From NCBI GenBank assembly GCA_020137815.1, contig CM035350.1, positions 1,860,001 through 1,924,000 of the forward strand: a DNA stretch of 64,000 nucleotides. Reading direction: 5' to 3'. Made by a program: the position numbers and the translations under genes. Source of the DNA: Hormiphora californensis. Its lineage: Eukaryota > Animalia > Ctenophora. Positions 23,757 through 36,312 of the stretch are shown one piece after another. How positions within the stretch are numbered: the stretch's first letter is position 1; every line of letters starts with the position of its first letter. The notes beneath the pieces were generated by a model, which was not told the DNA's origin, did no database searches, and saw only the letters and a program-made list of their open reading frames with translations.

Positions 23757-26700
23757 ATGGAACTACTACCCCATCTGATAATTTTGGGTATAATCGGGTT
23801 TGTGGTCTGGCTGTCCTCCTGTTTCCCTGCCTGGTCCTTCTTTTCCTGGCATCCTGTCCTAATGACAACTGGGGTAAGTGATAATGACAACTGGGGTGAG
23901 TGATAATGACAATTGGGGTGAGTGATAATGATAATTGGGGTGAGTGATAATTGGGATTTGGGGTGAGTGATAATGACAATTGGGGTGAGTGATAATGACA
24001 ATTGGGGTGAGTGATAATGACAATTGGGGTGAGTTATAATGAAAATTGGGGTGAGTTATACAAGGGGAAATTATTGGAAAGAGGTAAGTGATAAAAAGAT
24101 CATCTCGCTCCATGAAGATCTCAGAGCTACTACGTGAGTTTGTTTAATGAACACACGACGTGTCAACTTAAAATAACATTCTATCCGCGTATACTGTATG
24201 GCGACCGAGTTATAATATGACATGTGTGGACTGTGGGAGAAGGATGTTACGGTTTGGGGGAACAGAATTGTAGTGCATATTGTTTGTATACCACCTATCG
24301 GTACAGAATGTCTCAATCACTACAATTCTGAGAGAGGGAAGTATTTGTAGGGAGAGGATTGGAGGATAATGGATTTGGGAGGATCAACACGTGGAGGACA
24401 GTACTATTGAGGGATGGTTTATACACGTGCCATAGAGAGTGAGAGAGAGGGAGAGAGAGAGAGATAGATGGGGAAGGATAAGGGGCCGGGGCAATGATAG
24501 CTATCCCTAAGTCATTAAGTTTGTATGACAATAAAAAGACAACTAGTCGTCCTTATCCTGTGTACGAGCCCTCCACCCCCCCCCCCCCATTCTCTCTCCC
24601 GCTGTACTGTACTCTCTCGTGCTACTTTTCCCGGTAAGAGAGGGTGCACCATACTCAACAGTCGTACCCTGGTCTGCACAATGAGGGATATGATTTTAAG
24701 TTTTAACAAAACCCCCCGACCCCTAAAAGACTCCCCCTCTCTCGCAGTATGTTGGTATGTTCTGTGAATCTATCCTACTTTTCCATCCCCGCTTCTCTCC
24801 TACTGCAGTTCATGCTACTCGAGTTCGCACCCACCAGATCCTTCAGGTAAGAAGAATTCAGTTTCTTTTCAGATTGCTATGTTTTCAAAATCTTGTTTTT
24901 GTGTTAGATTCACAGTCCCATTTTCCTTCTTCTTTTTTTCTCTTTTCTATCTCGCTGGGTTTTCATTAAATTGCAAGTTTAATAACATGCTATACTAGCC
25001 TAGAGCGTGTGACGAAAGCAAAACCTGTTTTTCTCCAGCTAACAAGTCCTCTCTCTCTCTCCCTCATAAAAACCGCGAAACAGATTTAATAAGCAGGGTT
25101 ATATAAGTTGGTTATTAAATTCTACCACAGAGTAACTTAATAAAACCAGCTTTCCAAAATGTCAAATTAGTAAAATATATAACTTGTCTTCCTTTACTAA
25201 TGTAGAGGGGGAAGACAGCAATACTTTCATATGGTGATCACCACGTCACTATGACGTCATATGGTTTATTACCAATTACTAGATACCATCCTATCTTCTT
25301 CTCTTTTCTCTCTCTCTCTCTTTCTTTCTCTTTCTTATTACTATCTCTCTTGCTTCCAAACTAACAGCTGTGCAAATATTCATTCCCTTTCAGATTGTCG
25401 GACTGATGATGGGTTGTGGTGGTGGCTGGGTGATTTGGACTGCCAAGGAGCGGGCTGGGAAAGATCACATTACAACCTGGCATGCCCTGATTGGTCTCAT
25501 TACACTCTGTCTGTCTGTCATTAACGCTGCCAACGGTGCTCCTCTCATATATCCTCAGGTGCCGTACACTAGATGTGTTGAATAGTCTGTCCAGTAGAGA
25601 GAGATAGTCGAGGGGGAGATAGAGACGTGCCAGACATCACTTACAATCTGTTTCCGGTCAGCATTACCACAATAAAATGTGACATACAAGCACGATCTAT
25701 CTATCTATCTCCCTCTATCTATTTATCTCTGTCTCTCTATCTCTGTCTCCCTATCTCGATGAGGCCCTGTCCAAACACAACTGCTATTGTTGTGCGTGGA
25801 TTATCTAATTTGTGGAGGGGTTCTCCAAATTATAGTATTTGTGGTCATGATCTATTATTGGCTAATGGAGTATGTGACAGGAGCAGAAGTAGTAGGAACA
25901 TAGACAGACCTAATAATTGCGAGGGAGAGAGGGAAAGATAGAGAGGGGGAGAGATAGAGGGATATAGAAAGATAGAGATGGAATTTACAGGGAAGTCTAG
26001 ACTTTGTAGCGAATGTTGCACAAAGATTATGAACCATTGAGAGAGGGAAGGTAGGAGATCGATAGAAATCGCCCAGAATTTACTAAGTGGCGTAGGAGGC
26101 TGCACGATCGAAATTCGAATAGAGAGATCAGAGAATAGACTGATACAGGCGTGTAATGAACGCCGATAATTTTCACGAATCACCATATGATTAACCCTCT
26201 AAAATACGATTCACAAGTTCACATATTTACTGTCTTAGTCCTAGGTCTCCGTGTTATCCGAACGACTCCTCTCTTCTCACAAGCCTATCTAACTCCCCAC
26301 ATATCTTCTCAGTTAAGGAAGCTTCCTCTTATGAGTGTTCCTTTGGCGGCCCTGAAGAAACGACACGCTAAACTCGGCCTCCTTACCATTACATGTGCAC
26401 TTCTAACGATAGGTAAAGTGTTCCTACTCTCGATCAGTGGGAGAGTCCCTCTGTCTCGGTCACACATTTGGAGCAGTAGTTGAGAGTGCAACGGTGGAGC
26501 GCGCGAGGACAACATTGTTGAGTTGTGCGCGCAGGCCGACATGTGCTTTCCGGAAGCGTGGCGATTTCAATTTAAACCGGTTTCACGACGACCTCAACAA
26601 ATCCTTTTCTTGTTCCAGGACTTGGATTCTACAGTTCGTGGTACGAGAAGAAAGAGCTGAATATTCTGTTTCAAAACATCAGTTTCGGTGGGACTATGTT

Positions 26701-26773
26701 CCTGGTGGGAATCCTTGCTGCCCAGATTTACGAACGGAGACTTGCTGAACCTTCTCCGACTTCTAGTGACTGA
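23757..26773 (+). CDS. Cytochrome b561 domain-containing protein (CYB561D1/D2-like transmembrane reductase), 5 exons
   Basis: Spliced product MELLPHLIILGIIGFVVWL..FFSWHPVLMTTG|YVGMFCESILLF..RVRTHQILQ|..KERAGKDHITTWHALIGL..|KKRHAKLGLL..|GLGFYSSWY..* keeps the four haem-ligating His motifs. Confidence 0.9.
23860..24060 (+). repeat. 22-bp minisatellite (TAATGACAATTGGGGTGAGTGA, about 9 copies) built from the exon-1/intron-1 junction of the cytochrome b561 gene
   Basis: The first unit contains the real donor GGG|GTAAGT; later units carry GGG|GTGAGT. Confidence 0.9.
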
Positions 26774-26914
26774 TATATGATTAGAGCAAAACTGTAACTG
26801 GGAAGATTTATACATTGTGTATGGGCGTTGTGAGTGTGTTGTTGAAGCGTTGTTATGGGAAGTTGCACGTGCAGTTTCTCCACTCTAATATGACCTAGTT
26901 TATCTGATTTCCCC

Positions 26915-29900
26915 ATGGCTACCCCTGAAACAAATAGTGCTCGGGGTAGCTCTGCCTTCCCCTCAGAGCTCAATGTCGGCTCCCTCTTCCGGGATACCCC
27001 CTCAGACTTGCTGGAGACGTTAGATGAAAACTTGGCGGTCGTCCTCAGTCCCGCAGAGAGAGAGGTAGAGGAAGATGTGGTGCCTATCTACCCTGAAACT
27101 ATCAGCCTGAAAGATGTCAATGACTTCCATGGGATGATGGAGTGTCCCATCTTTACAACCTATATCAACACATTCCTCAACCTCCCCTTGTTTTCCAGGT
27201 CAGTGTGCTAGAACACTGTAACTCTGTACATAAATAACCAGCTCTTTGTCTAGCAATTTGTTCCTTTCTACCTTATCCAACTTCTTGCTCGACCCTTTCT
27301 CTAAAGGGTTAGAAAATAAAAAATAACTCCCTGCAGGCGTATGGTTTACAAAGGGAACGTGAAGCAGTTCTCCATGGAGCCACCACTAAAAAGGAGGCGG
27401 TTCCGGGTTGATCAGGGGATGGTTGTAGCATGGGTCCTTGTTTACCGGCTACCATACTTTATGAAGAGTCATCTTTACCTGGAGTATAGATTCGCTTTGG
27501 AACTTCTCACTGGTAAGAGATATAACATGTTTCGTGTGGTTTGGAGGGGGGTGACCTGCTAATACTCAACACACTCGGCTTCTAAACCAAATTGCGAGGA
27601 ACATATCTTTAGAATTGGAAGTTAGAGGGGATATGCATGTCCATCCCCTTTCTCTACGAGTTGAGAATTGCTGTCCATCTGTCTAGACAAATATGGTCAA
27701 TACTATTTGTCAAATAGAGGGTGGAGACCTTGTCGGGCAGGTCTTTGATCCACCCTACTATAGCTCTCTCAATCTTTGCTTATACATCCCCCTCCCCAAG
27801 GCCAATTTGATCTTCTATATGTCTAAGCCTACTTACTATAGGCACTAGCCTATTTACTAGCCTATTTGCTAGCAAGGCATACCAAACCACACTAAATTTA
27901 TCTCGAGCTTCTCTCCCTCTCTATAGACAAGGGAGTTTAACTGTTATCTCCCCCATCCAATGAAGATATGATATAAGGTCCACTCTTTCAGATCTATATG
28001 TGGATGGAAAGTCACTGCACATGTACCAGGAATTGAAGAGTTCTGTTGGGATCAATAGATTCAGGATCTTCCTGCAGTCACGTGACATGGCCAAGTTGGT
28101 ATCGTTCTGGATGGATAGTGAGAGGTTTCACCTTCTAACATCTACCAAGGAGATGAAGGAGAAGTTTACTGCCATTGAAATACTCTACCTCAAGGTATAG
28201 GAAGGGGGTAGTATTATAACCATCACCTAGGAGGGGGGTATGATGGCCTCCGGCCTAGTATTATTACCATCAGGAATTCAACCTCTTCCCCGCACTAATT
28301 AACCAACCCCCCCCCTCTTGCCCTTGGCCAACTAACCCTCATTCTCCCTTCTATCAGCCGGGTTCTAAGTTTGAGTTACCGGAGACTCTCCGAACTACCA
28401 TATTAGAGAAGCTGGAGGAGGACCACAGCACACTGGGTGAAGTCATGGTGCACGGGACACCCCTAGTAGACAGGATCAAACAGAAGGAGGTGGAGAAGAT
28501 ACGGAGTTTTAAACTGGTCGGGGGTCTCCTAAAGACTGCTCAACAGGAGGTAGGTTGGACCGAACTTTCTCCATTCAAATACTCACATAACATGTCAACA
28601 TGATGGATGAGAGGAACAGTAACATTCCATCCGCTATATCCCTATAACAGCAACCACATATAATTGCAGGTTATGACCTTTCTGAGGCAGTACTGGATCC
28701 CTCGTTACTTCATACGAAATGGCCTGCCCTACAGTGATGGCAAGAAAGAAACGGACCCTTTTGTTATCAAGGTAGATCCTAAATGAAGAACTTACTTAGA
28801 AGTTAGAAGCGTATCTAAAGAATTAACCCTGATAAAATATTAAACCTATCAGGTTTAGAAGCTTGTTAAACCTTCCCTAAATAACTCCCTCCCCCTTTTA
28901 TCTCAGTCCCATCTCATCTGGGGTCGTGAACACAGGATAGGGCCCAGTGAAGATCCAGCCCCTAAAGTGTGCTCATTTGGCGGCCAGGCCCCCCAGGACA
29001 TGGAGGGGTTAGATCCGGGTCTCTTGGAGCACATTCCTGAGGAGGGTGCTACAGTGGGTGACAGGACCTCTATCTGGAATAACAACCCCCATCTGATCGC
29101 ACCCAACAATACTCATGGGGCTGTGAAGAGGAAGGAGAAGAAAAGACTCAAGGTAACATTTGGATAGGTAGCTTCTCTTGTCAAACGATAATTTAGAGTT
29201 ACACGATATGTTGGGGGAATTTGGGATTAAAAACTTTTACCATTTACAGCTTTGCTGATCAAGAGCACCGGTCCACTTCAAATAAAACTAATAGGTGTCT
29301 GTTTTCAGAAGTTTACCCTGTTTGAACAAGCTCGAAAGAGGAGTCAGGCAGTACCACGACATGATTCTGAATACATGAGACAACTGTCTAACATCCGACA
29401 GAGCTTCCTTGTCTCCTCACCCCTGTGAGTTTATTTAGTGGACCCGTAATATCTAGTGTGTTATGTTTTACCCTAACGCGGTGTGAGAGGCTCGAGCAAG
29501 GCAACTATCTAGTGTGTTTCAAACTGATAGTATTTGTGTAGTTTCCGGGGGAAATAGAGAATAAAGTCTTTTAGGAAAACAATCAAAAGATGATCAAACA
29601 CAACATAAAAACACACCAAAGCCACACTAAATATCTAAAGAACCTGTTTTGCTATTTTGACAGCACACGAAATCACTATCACCATGGTAACAAGTGTTGT
29701 TACCATGACAACAAACTCCAACTGACTGTCTATACCATTACACCACTCAGCAGGGTTAACAAGTCCAGTCCAGGGTGGTAACTCCACCCCATCCCAATCC
29801 CTCAAACCCTCTACCTCTGGTCCTGGGTCATCACCAGTATTGGGTAGGTGTTTAGGGCACTGCTCAGACTGGCACCTCCACTCCCCATGATGTGATGATC

Positions 29901-32900
29901 GGTACGGTTTTAGGCAGATATCGGTCATGGTGCCCGGGATACAATCACTCTTCAACCAGACCTCACTATCAGCAACATCTTCATTCTCAGCTGCTTCTTC
30001 TCTCCTTTTGAGGTTTTATAAAGAGGTAGAACACCTCAGTAGTGGAGTTGTAACCCCCATCAAACTCCCCCTTTATACTCCCCCTGGCACCTCCTCCCCC
30101 TTCTGACACGGAGAATCGTATAGTCAGTAGGAGTCGGTTAGTAGTGTAGTCCCTCTCCAATAGCACTAGAAATGAGCCCAGGGTTGACTCCCCATGTATC
30201 ACTGCTATCTGATCCAAGTCCTCTCCAAATGAGATGGAAAGGTCCAGTCTGGGGAAGGTACTCCTCTCAACCCACACCTCTCCACCACCGTCCCAATCAG
30301 TTGTTATCACAGTGTTGCTAGGATCCTTACCATGGTAACCAACTCCTGCCAACTCAAACTCAATATCTTGTTCTCCACAGTTATTGACAGTTGCCCGTAT
30401 TAGAGAGTGTAGAAGGGCGGGGTTGTAGAGCCCTCCCTCACGGTACCATCCCATCTTTCTGGGGTCCCACTCGTGTAGAGCGTTAACTGGTACACCTCCC
30501 ACCACGGTAGTACCATCATCCTTAACTAGATACCACTGGTAAGGAGATATCGTCTGGGTATCAGTAGTTGAGAGGAGGGATACCTGGAAGCGACCGTCAA
30601 TCAGTACTGCGTTACTGAGATCTACCTCTAGGAGGGAGGAATGTACCACCTCTTTAGATGAGTTGTTCACAAACCTCTGTCTCAGCCGGCCCACCTTCCT
30701 TGGTACACCCAGCTCTATTGCAGTGAGGTTACCACCCCCTGATGATGTCATAGTGACGTCACAACAGAGTTGACTGGTTCCCATGGTAACGGAACATCCC
30801 TCCGTTCCATGCCCTGTTGAGAAGTACCTCACCATCTCCTGATTATCTTGTGGGACTGCTGAGTTGCAGTAGTCCCTTCCCCCGGGACAATCACACCAGC
30901 AGGTAGCCGTCACATGGGGTGTGGTGAAGGAGTACCTCCCAGTCACTGGGTATACCTCCCACACCCTCTCCAACTCAATTGTGTAGTGGAAGTGGACGAG
31001 AGTGGTGAGGTCTATACCAAGTCGTCTCTCCCCCAGCAGGACGGATAGCTTGTAGCAGAGGGGTTCTGTTAGACCGAGGGATGTGTGGTGTTCCGTGGCT
31101 GTACGACGAGGAGAGATAGGCGAGGAACAGATATCGTGTTGGTCACGTGATCCAGCTTGTTGGTCACGTGATCCAGTTTGTTGCTGGTGATGTGACCCAG
31201 CAGCTGCAGTGGAGTGAAGGAGGAGCAAGAAAGTTAGCATAGTGTAGAGATCAGTAGTGGATTAACAACACAAAGCATACACTGACAGCTGGCTATTGTT
31301 TACAGTCCAACACATGGGCAGAGATTTCAAAATATCTCATTCATATGTCTCTCTCCCTCCCCCCTCTCTCTCTCCCTCAGCTGCGTTTCAATATCTGTTT
31401 TTCCGCGATACTGAATACAATAGTCACTATTGTTTCTATATAACTCACTAACACTTTCCTACTCCCCCAGTTCTACTACTGCAGCAGCGCCACAGGAAGG
31501 TGGATCAGTAACACCCCGCAGGTTCACCCCTGGTAACCTACATCTGGAACCCCTTGGAACTAAATTCCCCTCAATCAGTGAGAAGAGCTCATCCGATGCT
31601 TCAATGAGTACCCTCCTCTCTGGGGAGTCCCTTCCCACCCTGATTATTGGCCCTGACCCATACCGGCTGCTGGGTAAAGTCAACAAAACCCTCCTGACTC
31701 CCATGAAACCTGAACAACTGAATACCAGGAAGTGGTTGCTAGGTGCAGTGGCGGCTAACTGTCTAGCTGGTAGACCCATTCAGGACTATCTGAACTACCA
31801 CTGCTCCACTAGTACAGGCGAGACTGCTGACAGTGTGGGTGTAGTGTTGAGAGCACTGGATTGTTGGGAGAGGATTGAGAGGATTAGAGCTACTGCCAGT
31901 GCATCCTATGGTGGGAGAAGGGCTGAGGAGATCACTAACGCTGGAGGGTGGGCAGGTCTGGACGCGCCCCGTCTCCTCCCCACCTACCACCACTACCTGG
32001 CATCCCTATCCGGGGATATCCTGGAGGTACACCTGGAGCCCTACAAAGAGACCAGGTTTATAGCCCGGGAGTATCTAGCAACTGAGGGTGCACTACAGAT
32101 GTGTGATGAGGTGCGGGGTGTGCTACAGGAGATGTTGAAGGGTGGTAATGTGGCTGATACCTGGCTGGCACTCCTCCAAGAACACTGTCTGGCACTCTGC
32201 CAAACTTGGGTTGTGAGGTACTTTGTGTGGCAGGATGATCGGTTAAAAGTGAATTGTGCACCTAGCAAGGAACAACGCCAATACCCCCTCTCTAGAGTCC
32301 ACTCCCGGTCCGCATCTTGTATCCATGGTAACGATGCATTTGATGACGTCATAGTAACGGACCTGACTACCCAATACTCCTTTGCACCCCGCTCTGAACA
32401 GGTGTGGTTGTCACTCTTTGCGTTGGAGGTTGCTAGTTACCGACCTGCGGAGGTGTACTATCCTCCAGTACCCACTACCACACATAGTATTGGAGTGAGC
32501 TGTAGGGAGGATGATCTTCATAATAGGGGGATTGTGGGGGAGAAACTGGATAAGAATCTGAGACCTAGGAGTGGGCTGATGACAGAGTCCCAGGCTAACC
32601 TTCCCCGTGTAAGTACCATCCTTAGTTCAATATCACTTCAAGGATCAATCACTGAACAGCAAAGAAAGTTCAGCAGAATTACAGTATTGTTTAATTAATT
32701 GTGTAATAGATTATTCTCCTCTCAGCTCCAAGATTGTCGAGCACAGCATGATGCTAAGAACAAACGGAAGAAGTTTGTCAAGAGATCTCTTATCAAGAGG
32801 ATTGAGAGCGCTAAAAGCAACATGTCCCAGGTAAAAACTTTTGTTTGTTTCTCGAAACCCTCTCATTAATGTGCCACATCTACCCAGTAGTCGAGCTTTA

Positions 32901-35729
32901 TCACCCCACTTTGTTGAGTAAGGGGTGGGAGAGGCTCCTCCTCCACCCTTTACTCAACAATGCAGATTCTAACACCCCGTCCCCTTTAGGTGAGCACGTC
33001 GGGCAGTGAGAGTAGTGTGATGACAGGTACAGTTTCCAAAAGGAAGAAGCTCCGTCCTTCCACCTTCAAGCAGCTGCTAGGGGAGTCCCACTACTTCAAC
33101 ATGTTCATGAAGTACCTCTCACTGAACATGGCGGATGAGACAGAGGCACCACTACTAACATTCTGGCATCAGGTATAATTAGTAGAACCCGGGAATTAAA
33201 TTGTTAGTTATTACTAAGCTGGACACATTTACGATTCGGTTCTTATGCATATGTGAATGTTTAGAAGAAAATCCAAATAATATCAGACGGCTGATTTTAA
33301 TGATCTTTTCTTCAGGTTGAGATAATGAAGTCCTATCAAACGCCCAAAGCTCGAAAAGAAAAGGCGACCTCTCTTCACAAGAAGTACCTGTTCCCAGGAC
33401 ACGGTCCAAAGAGGGAGTATCTGATGAATGTAGAGTGCCCTCAACTCATTGAGATAGCTGAGAAGAAGAATATCACGTGAGTTGAAGACGTCGCCCTTGA
33501 AAAACATTTTCCATGCCAATAATCAGTGTTTTACCATTTCAGAGAATCAAAATAGGGAATCTCGAACCATATATGAATATCCCCCGTACCTATTATAATG
33601 TCACCCTCTCTCTCTCTCTACCTCCACCCTCTCTCACCAGGCCAGCGATGATAGTGAACGCCCAGACCTATGTGTGTAAGATACTAGAGGAGAAATGGTG
33701 GACTCCCTACAAGACCTTTCTGGAGGATGACGCTAGTGCGAGGATAATAGAATCCTCATCCCTGGACGTTACTAATACTATTAGTTGTGGTCAGGATTAC
33801 CGGGCCAATCTGAGGTACCAGTGGGGTATATTCACCTTCGATCTGATCAACTTTCAACACGGACTACAGGACGCTGTTAGGTTAATATCAGGTTGCTATG
33901 GCTACCAACTGGCAGTGAGTGTTAAGAAATGCAGGGTTACCATGGTTACCACTCTAATTTTTCAGGTACACCCAGTTTAAACAGTATCTGAGGAAGACCT
34001 TTGTAAAGTTGTGTACCGGGAAGGGCAAGAAGAGTAAAGATGGACAGTTCTTTGTTGTCGTTAATGGAGTTGGAATCTTTGCTGATAGGTGAGTTAGTTA
34101 CAGCTGGAGATAGCCGATGATAGATGTTTTAAATTGATTTGGGGCCCTTTCAAAAAAGTAAACAGAACTCTCATCTCCCCACCCCTCTCTCTTCCTCTCA
34201 TCTCCCCAATCCCTCAGGTTAGATAACGATCTGGATTTCTTTATAGAGATCAGCAAGTGGATAAACCTCAAATCTGACATGGCTAATAACTCGGGTAGGA
34301 AGCTACACCGTGCAACAGAGGCCCTGCTGGTGTGTAAAGCCCAGGCCATCGTGTCCTGTTTCTTGAGATCAGCCGTGCCTCCTCGAGTTAGGGTGAACTT
34401 GCCAGGGAACATCATAGCAGAGATAGAGAAAAGGGTGGACGATAGTAAGAAGTAAGTTGTATTTAGAGTTGTTTAGAGACCTAAACTTACCTTCGTGGAC
34501 ACCATACGAAGGGACACAGGAGAGAATAGACGAGATAGCTTCAATGATGGCTGACCGAGACTTATGGCGAGAACTTACCTACCGTGTTCGAGAATACCAC
34601 TCGCCATAAGTCAAGTAGAGACACACATTTAATGAACATTGAGCAAATATATATCTCGTTATATTGAGACTGGAGTCCAGTATTTTCAACCCCTCCCTCC
34701 CACTGTATTCAACCCCTCCCCCTCTCTCTTTGCAGGTTCCACAGGGGTCTATTTTACAACGCAGCTCTCCACATGGTGACCATGCTCCTACCCTTCTGGA
34801 AGAAGTTCTGTTTCTTCCTGAGTGTGGGGGTCAGTGAGAAGGACAGGGCACTCATCCAAACTGTGAGTGGACAGGCCATCAGTAGTAGTAGCTTGGGGTG
34901 CATTGATGAGCGAATTGGGGATGAAAGACAGGAGAAATTAGGAGCAATCGCTGAGAAGAAGGTACGAATTTGAATCTTACCTTTCTTGCTTTTCATATAA
35001 GAAGTTACCATAATTACCATACTTATTGTAGCAGAGTTACCGCCTAGTTACTATGAAAGTAACAGCCTAGTTACCGCCTAGTTACCGCCTAATTACCATG
35101 GCTTCCCACCAGATCAATACAACTGAGAGCACCAGTGACGGTATCAAGGGTATACGGGGGAGGGTAGCAGCTCAGGATAAGATCCTCTCCAGACGAGATG
35201 CATTTCCCCTTACTCTCTCCGCCACCCTCCACACCGACCAGAACCTGCACTATCAGTTTAGTTTGTCATCCGGAATCTGCCATCTCAAGTTTGATAATGG
35301 AAACGAGATACCACAACCCTGCGAAGTCCTTCTTACACCCTTCACCGAAGAGGTAACATATTTAACAGCTTGCAAAGTTGCTATCTAGGAATTTCCAGTT
35401 TTACTTTGCCTTTTTATTCTGGGCTCACGCCCCCTCCCCTCAAATACTGCCCTTCCGTAGTTCAATCTGTGTAATCATGACAAGGTATATACAGCTAATC
35501 CCTCCTCCCCCTTCTACAGATTGAGTTCCTACTCTCCCCCCTGCCGGTAAGGCGAGATAGGTCCACCGTCGAAGTACCCCCATCCCACCACAACTCAGCT
35601 AAAAAATCACGATCTAAAGCCCTCAACAAGACCCATGATATACCGAACAGAGGGCGATGTGAGCCAAACAAGGCCCTTGTAGCACGACTAGCCCATGTAC
35701 AATCAAGAAATACCAGCCGACTCCGTTAA
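26915..35729 (+). CDS. RGS22: Regulator of G-protein signalling 22-like (RGS22/RGSL family, multiple RGS-like domains), many exons; intron 29425-31470 hosts a nested gene
   Basis: FTTYINTFLNLPLFS, WVLVYRLPYFMKSHLYLEYRFA, FRIFLQSRDMAKLVSFWMDSERF, AANCLAGRPIQDYL, FNMFMKYL..LTFWHQVE, LDNDLDFFIEISKW..IVSCFLRSAVPPRVRVNLP and LLPFWKKFC follow RGS22 in order. The phase-2 donor at 29425 matches the phase-2 acceptor at 31470. Confidence 0.82.
29635..31240 (-). CDS. EFF-1/AFF-1 (FF family, class II fusexin) cell-cell fusogen homologue; intronless, nested antisense in an RGS22 intron; one apparent frameshift near 30000-30015
   Basis: Signal peptide MLTFLLLLHSTAAAG. Motifs YPVTGRYSFTTPHVTATCWCDCPG, GC..SQLCCDV, LTAIELGVP, PVNALHEWDPRKMGWYR, RATVNNCGEQ, IHGESTL, DYTTNRLL, ICLKP and LVNPAEWCNGIDS plus a TM helix are collinear with C. 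elegans EFF-1 motifs (HPITQRYTFGIPEVHASCICECD, KLCCDV, RLGWYR, KAKVKNCKEQ, FLNPAHWIKGISS). ORFs 29987-31240 and 29635-29955 join by removing one base. Confidence 0.9.
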
Positions 35730-36312
35730 ATAGTTAATTAGTTAACTAAAATGTTATTGTTTACAATTGTTGTGTCGTTGTATTGTCTTCAAATCGTGAT
35801 GTTGGTAAAAACGTGGATCTGTAAGGAGAGAATGAGAGAGGGAGAGAGATCATTAGCATAGCATGATTAGGGAAAGGTTTGTAAAAATATGGGAGAGAGA
35901 GATGGCAAGGAGGACAGGGATTGAGATCGATATTGAGAGTGAGATCGAGGGAGAGAGATTTAGGGGAGAGATAGGGGAGCTGCACGGAAGGTTGACATGA
36001 CTCTATGTGGTTGGTATGTTTGTACATGTGTGTGCAGATCTATTGCGATCTATTGGTTGCTCAGTGTTGTGCATTAGCTATACTTCTACACCTGTTTCAG
36101 TGCTTCACTAGTTCTCTGTGTGTATCATGTGGTTCATAAAGTAGGTTCGATCCACTTCATGAGACCCTTTCCCCATTTCTGTAAAGCATATTGGTTGCAA
36201 CCTGCCATCTAGCGAGGGTATTAACTCGCTCAAACCCTCTTTCCTCAACATGGTTCATACTAACTGCTAAGCTGCCTATTTTACTCGCTAACATATACCC
36301 CTCCCCTGGCCA

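Noticed and set aside
26915-29427. Separate gene ending at an in-frame TGA near 29426
   Set aside because: The TGA lies within a consensus GTGAGT donor whose phase matches the acceptor at 31470, and RGS22 similarity continues downstream.
29425-31470. Fusogen as the env gene of an intact LTR retrotransposon or endogenous virus
   Set aside because: The intron is barely longer than the ORF and shows no LTR, gag, pol or evident TSD. The motifs fit the EFF-1/AFF-1 family better.
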